A DNA stretch of 32,000 bases, from positions 1,110,001-1,142,000 of the forward strand of contig OW818668.1 of the NCBI GenBank assembly GCA_942493105.1, given 5' to 3'. Positions 25,196 to 32,000 of this stretch are shown here, piece after piece. The stretch's first letter is position 1. Each line of letters starts with the position of its first letter. The notes under the pieces are model-generated. The model searched no databases. It was not told the origin of the DNA and worked only from the letters and a program-made list of their open reading frames with translations. The position numbers were made by a program, and so were the translations under genes. The DNA comes from an uncultured Erysipelotrichaceae bacterium. GTDB taxonomy: Bacteria; Bacillota_I; Bacilli_A; Erysipelotrichales; Erysipelotrichaceae.

Positions 25196-25927
25196 ATGAT
25201 TTATTTACAAGCCTTGCTACTAGCTCTACTCGCTGGATTTGCTCAGTGGGACAGTCGCATCGGTGGTCAGAATATGCTCGACCGTCCGTTAGTCACTGGA
25301 CCTATTGTTGGTTTAATTCTTGGCGATCTTCAAACTGGAATTATCATGGGTGGGACTTTAGAATTAGTTTGGATGGGCATCGTCAATATCGGCGGAGCTA
25401 CTCCTCCTGATACCGTCACTGGTGGTATTTTGGGTACAGCATTTGCAATTTTATCTGGATTAGATACTGAAACTGCTGTTGCTGTTGCATTACCTATCGC
25501 GATGTTGGCTCAATCCTTAGGGATCTTCGCCAGAGTTATTAATGCTACCTTTAATCATCAAGCAGACGTTTACGCAGAAAAAGGCGATTGGAAGGGTATT
25601 GAAAAAATTCTTTGGTCTGGTGCCGCTTTATTCTTTGTCTTTGCATTTACCCCAGTATTCTTGGGTGTAGCTTTCGGATCTGAAGCAGTTGCCGGTATCG
25701 TAGCAATGATTCCTGCAAAAGTTTTGGCAGGTTTGAGAGTTTCTAGCGGATTGTTGCCTGCCTTAGGTATGGCAATCTTGATGCGTTTCATCTTTGACAA
25801 AAATAGTGCTGCTTTCTTATTCTTGGGTTTCGTATTATCAGCATTTTTAAATTTAAGCTTAATTGGTATTGCGATTCTTGGAGCAATTGCTGCTGCCTTG
25901 GTCTACCAATTGAACTTAAATAAATAA
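25196..25927 (+). CDS. PTS mannose/sorbose-family EIIC component
   Basis: 243 aa, hydrophobic, SD AGGAGG. ...DRPLVTGPIVGLILGDLQTGIIMGGTLELVWMG is typical of ManY/AgaC/SorA. Confidence 0.85.
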   Translation: MIYLQALLLALLAGFAQWDSRIGGQNMLDRPLVTGPIVGLILGDLQTGIIMGGTLELVWMGIVNIGGATPPDTVTGGILGTAFAILSGLDTETAVAVALPIAMLAQSLGIFARVINATFNHQADVYAEKGDWKGIEKILWSGAALFFVFAFTPVFLGVAFGSEAVAGIVAMIPAKVLAGLRVSSGLLPALGMAILMRFIFDKNSAAFLFLGFVLSAFLNLSLIGIAILGAIAAALVYQLNLNK

Positions 25928-25938
25928 GGAGAGCGAAA

Positions 25939-26742
25939 ATGGAAAAGAAAATTGACAATAAGGATTTAATGAAGGTATTCTGGCGCTCTTTGGCTTTGCA
26001 AGGTTGCTTCAATTATGAACGTATGCAAGCCATTGGGTATTGCTATGCAATGATTCCTGTTTTGAAAAAATTATATCCTGACGAAAAAGACATGGCAGAA
26101 GCTTTGAAGAGACATGTTGGATTCTTTAATACTTCACCGCAAACAGTTTCCTTCATCTATGGGGCTACCATTGCGCTAGAAGAACAAAATGCGAATACTG
26201 AAGACTTTGATACTGATGCAATCAACTCGATCAAAGCAGCCTTGATGGGTCCTTTAGCTGGGATCGGAGATTCCTTCTTCTGGGGAACCTTTAGAATCAT
26301 CGGTGCTGGTATTGGTGCTTCATTAGCTATTCAAGGTAATATCTTGGGTGCAATCTTGTTTATCTTAATTTATAATGTTCCTCATTATCTGCTTCGATAT
26401 AATGGATTGTTTATTGGATATAGAAGTGGAGTTTCCTTCCTACAATCTGCTTTTGCTTCAGGGACAATTGAAAAGTTGACCGGAGCAGCTAAGGTTATGG
26501 GAGCTGTCGTCGTTGGTGCATTGATTGCCTCCATGGTTAAAGTCTCAACTCCGCTCATTTTAAAAGTTGGTCAATCTACCTTGGCAGTTCAGTCCATCTT
26601 TGATGGCATCATGCCAAAACTCTTGCCTTTAAGTTTAACCTTCTTAATCTTCGCATTAGTTCGTAAAGGTCATAAGACTACTACATTAATGTTGTTATTA
26701 TTGGCAGTTGGTATCATTGGAGTCTATTTAGGAATCCTGTAA
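25939..26742 (+). CDS. PTS mannose/sorbose-family EIID component
   Basis: 267 aa, SD AAGGAG. VFWRSLALQGCFNYERMQAIGYCYAMIPVLKKLY is the ManZ/AgaD N-terminal signature. Confidence 0.9.
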   Translation: MEKKIDNKDLMKVFWRSLALQGCFNYERMQAIGYCYAMIPVLKKLYPDEKDMAEALKRHVGFFNTSPQTVSFIYGATIALEEQNANTEDFDTDAINSIKAALMGPLAGIGDSFFWGTFRIIGAGIGASLAIQGNILGAILFILIYNVPHYLLRYNGLFIGYRSGVSFLQSAFASGTIEKLTGAAKVMGAVVVGALIASMVKVSTPLILKVGQSTLAVQSIFDGIMPKLLPLSLTFLIFALVRKGHKTTTLMLLLLAVGIIGVYLGIL

Positions 26743-26743
26743 A

Positions 26744-27817
26744 ATGATGACCATTCTCGACTATATCAATGAAACTGAAAAAGTGTGTCTTGACATCGTA
26801 AATCGTAGAAAAGACATAACCAAATCATTTCTGGAACTGGTTTCAGGTGATAAGTTTGAAGAACTCGTCATTCTTGGTTCTGGCACTTCATGTCATGCGG
26901 CCTTAATCGCAAAACCATTTATGGAAAAGCTGTTTCCCTTTAAGGTGACAGCAGCTTTTCCTACTTTGTATCTAGATCAGAATAAATCGTTTCCTTCGCA
27001 TTCACTGGTGATTGGTTTGACACAAAGCGGTAACAGCACGTCAACCAAGAAAGCCCTTGAAATGGCCAAGTCATGCGGCAGCAAAACTGTTGCCTTGACA
27101 GCCAATAAAACAAGTCGAATTCTTGAGCATTCCGATGCTTTTGTAGAATTGGCTAGTGGCGATGAATTAGCTGTTGCAAAAACCAAAGGCTATCAAGCCA
27201 GTATTGTTTCACTTTATGTCTGTGCATTAGAATGGGCTCTTCAAAGTCATTGGATTACGGATCTTGAATATAACGAGATTTTAAATCGATTGACGAATAC
27301 CATATTGAATATACCTAAACTTATTCTTCAGTCAGAAGCATGGTTTGATCACAACAAAGAAGAACTTGAAAAAGCAAATCACATCATGGTTCTTGGTTGT
27401 GAAAACCAGTGGGGCAATGTCCTGGAAGGGACTTTGAAGATGGTTGAAACAGTTCGTATCCCAGTTGTCGGTTATGAAGTCGAAGAATTCATGCATGGCA
27501 TCTATAATGCCATTAACTCTAGTACTACTTTGGTTTATATTGCTCATCAAAGTAAGACTTTGAGCAGAACGCTGAAACTTCATGATTATCTGAGAAAAAA
27601 GACGGAACATCAGTTTCTTATTGGTTCCAAAACTTTGACTGGGACATCGAATAAAGATTGCATTTTAGATTTTACAGATGATGCAGATTTTGGTGGACTT
27701 GAATATATCATCCCATTTCAAATCATCTGCCACTTCCTTCCTCCAAGTAAAGGCATCAATCCTTTTATCTCAGGAGACCCAGAATTTCATGCTGCTATGA
27801 GTAGTAAAGTAATATAA
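26744..27817 (+). CDS. Double-SIS-domain sugar-phosphate isomerase/deaminase/deglycase (GlmS C-terminal / FrlB-like)
   Basis: 357 aa, starting 1 nt after the EIID stop. ILGSGTSCHAA, GLTQSGNSTST..ALEMAKSCG and VEEFMHG correspond to the SIS motifs of GlmS-isomerase/FrlB-type enzymes. It is distinct from the AgaS paralogue at 19989. Confidence 0.85.
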   Translation: MMTILDYINETEKVCLDIVNRRKDITKSFLELVSGDKFEELVILGSGTSCHAALIAKPFMEKLFPFKVTAAFPTLYLDQNKSFPSHSLVIGLTQSGNSTSTKKALEMAKSCGSKTVALTANKTSRILEHSDAFVELASGDELAVAKTKGYQASIVSLYVCALEWALQSHWITDLEYNEILNRLTNTILNIPKLILQSEAWFDHNKEELEKANHIMVLGCENQWGNVLEGTLKMVETVRIPVVGYEVEEFMHGIYNAINSSTTLVYIAHQSKTLSRTLKLHDYLRKKTEHQFLIGSKTLTGTSNKDCILDFTDDADFGGLEYIIPFQIICHFLPPSKGINPFISGDPEFHAAMSSKVI

Positions 27818-27833
27818 TATAATATAGTGAAGG

Positions 27834-27870
27834 TCCACCACTTTCGGGGAAACCGAGGTGGTGGATGTTT
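27834..27870 (+). terminator. GC-rich hairpin with a T-rich tail between the SIS gene and the GntR gene (terminator or attenuator)
   Basis: TCCACCAC(t)TTCGG (27834-27847), GGAAA loop, CCGA(g)GTGGTGGA (27853-27865), then TGTTTATTATT. It lies 16 nt after the SIS stop and 26 nt before the likely gntR start. Confidence 0.6.
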
Positions 27871-27891
27871 ATTATTAAAGAAGGTGTAATT

Positions 27892-28614
27892 TTGAGTACT
27901 ATTGAAAAGCCATTATACAAACAAATCGAAGAATATGTCCTAGAATCTATAGACAAAGGTGTTTATAAAGAAGGACAAGCTATTCCCACAGAACTTGAAT
28001 TTTGCAAGATTTTTAGTGCCAGTCGTTCTACAGTAAATAAGGCTCTTAATAATCTAGCTTATAACGGTATCATTTATCGTACCGCTGGAAGAGGCAGTTT
28101 CGTTAGAATGTACTCTGTTGATCGACAAATTAAAAAACTAATGGGATTTTCTGAACAGATGCAAATGCGCAACATTTCATCTTCCATCAATATTCTTGGT
28201 TATGCAAGCGTAAAAGCCAATCGTTTACCTAAGATCAGAGATATATTTGAACTCGAGGATTCTGACTTTATTCATAAAATCGAGAGAATTCGTTTTGTTG
28301 AAAATAGCCCAATCGCTGTTGAGTGTATCCATATTTCACCAAAAATCATGAAAACAATAGACATCGGAGAAATCAATGGTTCACTATACAAGTATATTGA
28401 AAATACACTTTCAGTAAAGATAGGTTCTTCAGATTTTATGATTTCAGCTATTGTTTGTCCTGAAGACATAAAGCCTTTGTTTCCTTGTGAGGTCAATGTG
28501 CCAATCTTAAAATATGAACAGATTTCTTATCTTATGGATGGCCGAAAATTCGAATATAATGAAATCTATTATTTATCAGATAAATATCAATATAAAGGTA
28601 GTAACTTTAGATAA
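27892..28614 (+). CDS. GntR-family transcriptional regulator, HutC subfamily (winged HTH plus UTRA-type effector domain)
   Basis: The ORF track starts at ATG 27865, inside the hairpin. TTG 27892 is preceded by GAAGGTG and gives (M)STIEKPLYKQIEEYVLESIDKGVYKEGQAIPTELEFCKIFSASRSTVNKALNNLAYNGIIYRTAGRGSFV, the canonical GntR N-terminus. Its ~240-aa length and C-terminal half fit HutC/UTRA. Confidence 0.85.
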   Translation: MSTIEKPLYKQIEEYVLESIDKGVYKEGQAIPTELEFCKIFSASRSTVNKALNNLAYNGIIYRTAGRGSFVRMYSVDRQIKKLMGFSEQMQMRNISSSINILGYASVKANRLPKIRDIFELEDSDFIHKIERIRFVENSPIAVECIHISPKIMKTIDIGEINGSLYKYIENTLSVKIGSSDFMISAIVCPEDIKPLFPCEVNVPILKYEQISYLMDGRKFEYNEIYYLSDKYQYKGSNFR

Positions 28615-28623
28615 AGGAGAAGT

Positions 28624-29103
28624 ATGGTTCATAAACCAGATGGCGATTTGACAGTTGAATATTATATCGCAAAGATTGATTCGAATATTATGATTTCACC
28701 TAGCGAAGATAAAGAAATAAGGTTCTATTCTTTCAGAATCATATTTACAGCTGCATTAGGAATTGTGCTCTATTCTTTGATGAAACTACCGATTCAAGTG
28801 GTTTTTCCTATTGCAGCAATTGTGTATACCATCCTTGAAATCATGAACTATCGACTCATGAAAAAAATCATGAGCAGAAAAGCAATTAAAGCAAAACATA
28901 AAAAAGCAATCCCTGGATCTAAAAAGACACTCTTGTTTAGAGCAAGTGTATATATCATCATAGGGTTTGGACTTATTATCACAACGTTAATTCAAAGCAA
29001 CTTCAAAATTGAAACAAACCAGATGGTGATTTTAATCATTGCTGGATTAGCAATATATAATGGTGTTTTGCTAGCAATACAATTTTTTAAACCAAAGGAC
29101 TGA
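28624..29103 (+). CDS. Hypothetical 4-TM membrane protein with a strongly basic central loop
   Basis: 159 aa, with an excellent SD (AAAGGAGAAGT-ATG). There are four hydrophobic helices. A Lys/Arg-rich loop (RLMKKIMSRKAIKAKHKKAIPGSKK) separates helices 2 and 3. The gene is wedged 9 nt after gntR and 5 nt before ggt. I recognise no family. Confidence 0.6.
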   Translation: MVHKPDGDLTVEYYIAKIDSNIMISPSEDKEIRFYSFRIIFTAALGIVLYSLMKLPIQVVFPIAAIVYTILEIMNYRLMKKIMSRKAIKAKHKKAIPGSKKTLLFRASVYIIIGFGLIITTLIQSNFKIETNQMVILIIAGLAIYNGVLLAIQFFKPKD

Positions 29104-29108
29104 TTAAT

Positions 29109-30716
29109 ATGAAAAATGATCGATATATTATGAGCAAAAGAGGTATGGTAGCTTCTGCTCATACTTTAGTTTCGTCTACAGGAATTGAAATCTTAAGAAA
29201 AAATGGATCAGCTATGGATGCGGCTGTGGGAATGGCTTTGACAGCAGGAGTCGTATTGCCCGATATGTGTGGGTTAGGCGGAGATGCATTCTTCCTATAT
29301 TACGAGGCTAAAACCAAGAAGATATATGCATTAAACGGAAGTGGTCCAGCTGGCTCAAATCAATCACCTGAATTTTTTAAACAATTGAAACTTTCTAGAA
29401 TCCCAGAGTTTGGAATTCATTCCATGTCTGTGCCAGGTGCTGTTTCTGCATATTTTGAAGGACATCGTAAATTTGGAACGTTAAGTTTTAACGAGTGTGC
29501 CCAAGATGCGATCTATTATGCTGATCATGGTTTCACAATAACCAAAAGAACCAGTGACTATATTCAGAAAAAGAAATCAGAAATTAAAAAGGATACAGTA
29601 CTTAGTAAGATGTTTTTGACTCAAGAAGGAAATGCCAAAGCTGAACAAAGCGTTGTTTCCAATCCTCAATTGGCAAAGACCTTGCGATTTTTGGTTCAAA
29701 ATGAGGATACTGGCTTTTATTCAACGTTAGCTAAAGGTTTGGTTGAACGTCTAAACGCGAGAGGCTCTTCCCTTATTTCTTCTGACTTTGAAGAATATAA
29801 GGCTGAATGGGTTGAACCCATCCGAATCAATTATCGAGATCATTGGGTCTATCAGTTGCCACCCGTTAGCCAAGGTATCATTCATCTAGAAATGTTAAAC
29901 ATCTTGAAAAATTTCGATATGGAAAGAATTTTTGGTGATCCAGCTGAGGCAATACATCTTATGGTTGAGGCAAAGAAAATTGCCTTTGAGGATAGAATTT
30001 CACTTTTTGGTGATCCAAAGTTTATTGATAATCCAATGGAAAGGGTACTGTCTAGTTCTTATGGAAGTGAAAAAGCTGCTTTAATCCATAAAGACAGTTC
30101 TATTAAAGTAGACTTAGATCTTCTAAATAACAAATCTTTGAACACTTCATCGATGGTGGTTGTTGATCAATTTGGGAATGCATGTTCGTTTATTACCAGT
30201 GTTAATGATGCTTTTGGAGCCTGTATTATAGACGAAGAAACTGGGATTATACTTAATAATCGAATTGGGGCTTGTTTTAATATGGTAGAAGGGCATCCCA
30301 ATTGTATTGCTCCAAAAAAGAAAACGATGAATACCTTGAATGCTTTTCTAATCACAGATGATCAAGGTTTTTGCCGCTATGTTTCCAATACCCCGGGTGG
30401 TGATCGTCAACCGCAATGGAATGCACAAACCACAGTTCATTTACTAGATCAAAAGTTGAACGTCATTGAAGCGCTTCATGAACCCTATTGGTTTGATGCA
30501 CAAACAACCAATCCTTATCCCAATCAAATTGAAAATGTGCTAAATCTTGAGCCGGGTTATTCTGATCAAACGATTCAATCACTTAAAGATAAAGGGCATG
30601 TCATAGAAATGATCGAACGCTGTAATTCAGCCCTTCAGTTGATTGAAATCACAAAGGATAATGTGTACTGTGGCGCAACGGATTGGAGATCAGAAGGCGT
30701 TGTGATTGGTTTTTGA
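29109..30716 (+). CDS. ggt: Gamma-glutamyltransferase family protein without a signal peptide (YwrD-like, presumably cytoplasmic)
   Basis: 535 aa. The N-terminus ...GMVASAHTLVSSTGIEILRKNGSAMDAAVGMALTAGVVLPDMCGLGGDAFFL is typical of GGT. The candidate autoprocessing nucleophile is the Thr in LNTSSMVVVD. TPGGDRQPQ is also present. There is no hydrophobic leader. Confidence 0.9.
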   Translation: MKNDRYIMSKRGMVASAHTLVSSTGIEILRKNGSAMDAAVGMALTAGVVLPDMCGLGGDAFFLYYEAKTKKIYALNGSGPAGSNQSPEFFKQLKLSRIPEFGIHSMSVPGAVSAYFEGHRKFGTLSFNECAQDAIYYADHGFTITKRTSDYIQKKKSEIKKDTVLSKMFLTQEGNAKAEQSVVSNPQLAKTLRFLVQNEDTGFYSTLAKGLVERLNARGSSLISSDFEEYKAEWVEPIRINYRDHWVYQLPPVSQGIIHLEMLNILKNFDMERIFGDPAEAIHLMVEAKKIAFEDRISLFGDPKFIDNPMERVLSSSYGSEKAALIHKDSSIKVDLDLLNNKSLNTSSMVVVDQFGNACSFITSVNDAFGACIIDEETGIILNNRIGACFNMVEGHPNCIAPKKKTMNTLNAFLITDDQGFCRYVSNTPGGDRQPQWNAQTTVHLLDQKLNVIEALHEPYWFDAQTTNPYPNQIENVLNLEPGYSDQTIQSLKDKGHVIEMIERCNSALQLIEITKDNVYCGATDWRSEGVVIGF

Positions 30717-30776
30717 TGAGTTAAGTAAAAATACTTTGTTTGAGCTAGATGAGTATATTTCCCTTTCTATAAAATT

Positions 30777-30819
30777 AAAAACGACCTTATATTGTGATAA
30801 CAAATGTTAGGTCGTTTTT
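30777..30819. terminator. Bidirectional terminator between convergent ggt (+) and the MFS gene (-)
   Basis: AAAAACGACCT (30777-30787) pairs with AGGTCGTTTTT (30809-30819) around a 21-nt loop that has an inner TTGT/ACAA pair. A-tract and T-tract flanks allow termination in both directions. Confidence 0.7.
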
Positions 30820-30867
30820 AATTTTAACAGTAATATTGGATAAAGTGAAAAGATTTGAGAACTTAAG

Positions 30868-32000
30868 TTATTCTAGTGAATACTTCACTGTATTGATATC
30901 ATGCTTTGGTTCAGCAATTTTTCTACTGATGAACCATAAAAGAGATGCTGTAACGATGGAAGAAAATATACCTGGTGCCCACGTTCCAAGTGAAGCCATT
31001 AAGAACCCACCTAAGATTGGGGTAATGATTGAGGTCATACTTTCAAGAGAAGAACTTAAACCAAGTATTCCGCCTATTTCTTCTTTAGCAACGGATTTGG
31101 TTAAGGCACTACGCAAAACTGTATTTAAGATACCGCTTCCTGCTGCTATGGGAATTAAAACGATCATCAATAGAATCAAATTTGGAACCAATGCCCATAA
31201 TAGATAACTAATTACTAGAATGAAACTTGATGATTTCATGAGTTGATTTTCTGTGTACTTTTTGGTTAGTTTTCCTATAGCACCCACTTGAACCAAGACC
31301 ACCAATATTCCTACATAACCTAATACCAAACCTGTTTGAGAAGCATCCAAATTCAAACGTTTTTGGGCGTACAAAGCGAATATGGTTTGAAATACCCCAT
31401 GCGCAAATGAATAGTATACTCTTGAATGAAGTAAAGGTCCTGCGATGGGTTTACTAAGTGCTTCTTTTAAGATCTTTAGAGAGAATTTTGTTTTATCGCT
31501 ATGACGAAGTTTTGATCTCGTTTCTGCACTAAGTGATTCAGGAAGAATCAATGTAATCAGGATCAGATTAGTGAAGCTTAAGCCTGCCGCTAATAATGCG
31601 GGGACTTGATAACCCCATTGGCTTGTAAAACCACCAATCGCAGGACCAAAGATAAAACCCAAACCAAAGGCAGCACCAATCATCCCCAAACCTTTTGCTC
31701 GATTTTCTGGAGTTGTTACATCTGAGATATAAGACTGAGCAACTGTTATGTTTCCTCCTGTCAAGCCATCAAATAAACGTGTCGCAAATATCAAAACAAT
31801 CGAACCTGAAGGATTATATAGTAAAATTAAGCCCAGACTGATTAATGCAAGAAAGGTACCTGCAACACTTAACAGTAAGATTGGTTTTCTACCAAATCGA
31901 TCAGATAAACGACCCAGAATCGGTGTTCCAAATACTTGACCTATTGGATACGTTGCTAGAAGTAAGCCAACAAAGAATGAATTGAGACCATAATTAGCCG
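30868..32000 (-). CDS. MFS transporter, DHA1/tetracycline-efflux-like; N-terminus lies beyond the right window edge
   Basis: The ORF track lists 30868..31794 from an internal TTG. The frame stays open to nt 32000 in my translation: ..ANYGLNSFFVGLLLATYPIGQVFGTPILGRLSDRFGRKPILLLSVAG.. This contains the canonical MFS motif A, G-x-LSDRFGRKP. Downstream, LFDGLTGGNITVAQSYISDVT is typical of Tet/Bmr-like MFS pumps. Confidence 0.85.
   Translation of the reverse strand, partial: ANYGLNSFFVGLLLATYPIGQVFGTPILGRLSDRFGRKPILLLSVAGTFLALISLGLILLYNPSGSIVLIFATRLFDGLTGGNITVAQSYISDVTTPENRAKGLGMIGAAFGLGFIFGPAIGGFTSQWGYQVPALLAAGLSFTNLILITLILPESLSAETRSKLRHSDKTKFSLKILKEALSKPIAGPLLHSRVYYSFAHGVFQTIFALYAQKRLNLDASQTGLVLGYVGILVVLVQVGAIGKLTKKYTENQLMKSSSFILVISYLLWALVPNLILLMIVLIPIAAGSGILNTVLRSALTKSVAKEEIGGILGLSSSLESMTSIITPILGGFLMASLGTWAPGIFSSIVTASLLWFISRKIAEPKHDINTVKYSLE

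Noticed and set aside
30868-31794. TTG at 31794 as the true start of the minus-strand MFS gene.
   Set aside because: The reading frame remains open to nt 32000. The upstream part encodes the canonical MFS motif A (GRLSDRFGRKPILL) and TM helices. The gene is therefore truncated by the window edge, not started at 31794.
3303-31939. Short ORFs (61-138 aa) from the track that lie antisense to, or in alternative frames inside, well-supported genes. They are 3303-3515, 4057-4242, 4504-4731, 4880-5065, 5062-5301, 5247-5453, 8510-8824, 10623-10841, 10660-11040, 11273-11689, 12691-12900 and 14651-14884. Also 17780-17986, 18089-18274, 18789-19028, 21362-21547, 24757-24990, 25570-25800, 25788-26012, 26977-27186, 27332-27610, 28272-28496, 30167-30355, 30794-31207 and 31748-31939.
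   Set aside because: Each is fully embedded in a longer ORF with clear family motifs on the other strand or frame. None has a convincing SD, and their products are low-complexity or Ser/Cys/Leu-rich, as is typical of shadow ORFs. I saw no family signature in any of them.
1-32000. Mollicutes genetic code (TGA = Trp), considered because of the AT-richness and the Acholeplasma-like lipoprotein signal.
   Set aside because: Several well-supported genes terminate at TGA at the expected protein length (oppD at 6995-6997, the IMPase gene, ggt at 30714-30716). Trp positions in conserved motifs are TGG. All families come out full length under the standard code.
1-32000. Mobile elements, prophage, CRISPR arrays, tRNA/rRNA genes, toxin-antitoxin or known defence systems.
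   Set aside because: I found no transposase, integrase or recombinase motifs. There are no terminal inverted repeats or long direct repeats flanking a block, no regularly spaced repeat array and no tRNA-like cloverleaf segments. Every sizeable ORF except two small ones is explained by metabolic, transport or signalling families.

Overview
The window is AT-rich and uses the standard genetic code: TGA is a stop and Trp is TGG. Strong AAGGAGG-type Shine-Dalgarno sites and hairpin/T-tract terminators point to a low-GC Bacillota or Acholeplasma-like chromosome. Every confident gene from 2931 to 30716 lies on the + strand. There are three blocks. (1) 1-16875 is a peptide uptake and catabolism island. 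A minus-strand M24-M24-M29 peptidase operon diverges from a long + strand array: M24, oppBCDFA, an internal terminator, M24, M24, pepD, a gmk-like gene, M24 and an MFS transporter. That gives six M24 paralogues in three sequence types, plus M29 and M20 enzymes, around one Opp transporter. (2) 17071-19410 is a monocistronic PAS-PAS-PAS-GGDEF-HD-GYP c-di-GMP protein. It is followed by an AT-rich 0.5-kb gap containing one doubtful minus-strand ORF. (3) 19989-30716 is an amino-sugar or ketosamine-type block. It holds agaS, kbaZ and an IMPase-family gene, then a HAD phosphatase, mannose-class PTS EIIA/B/C/D and a second SIS-domain enzyme. These are followed by a GntR/HutC regulator, a 4-TM protein and a signal-less gamma-glutamyltransferase. 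A convergent MFS gene runs off the right edge. I saw no rRNA, tRNA, CRISPR array, transposase, integrase or recognisable defence genes. The most unusual points are as follows. The peptidase density and paralogy are high. KbaZ has no aldolase or kinase partner, so it may act as a tagatose-6-P epimerase route. Repeated ATGTA(A) motifs and a dre-like TGTCTAGACA palindrome occur in control regions. The gmk-like gene has a degenerate LID and sits inside the peptidase operon. GntR, the 4-TM protein and GGT form a tight module. All functional calls rest on motif recognition by eye; no searches were run.
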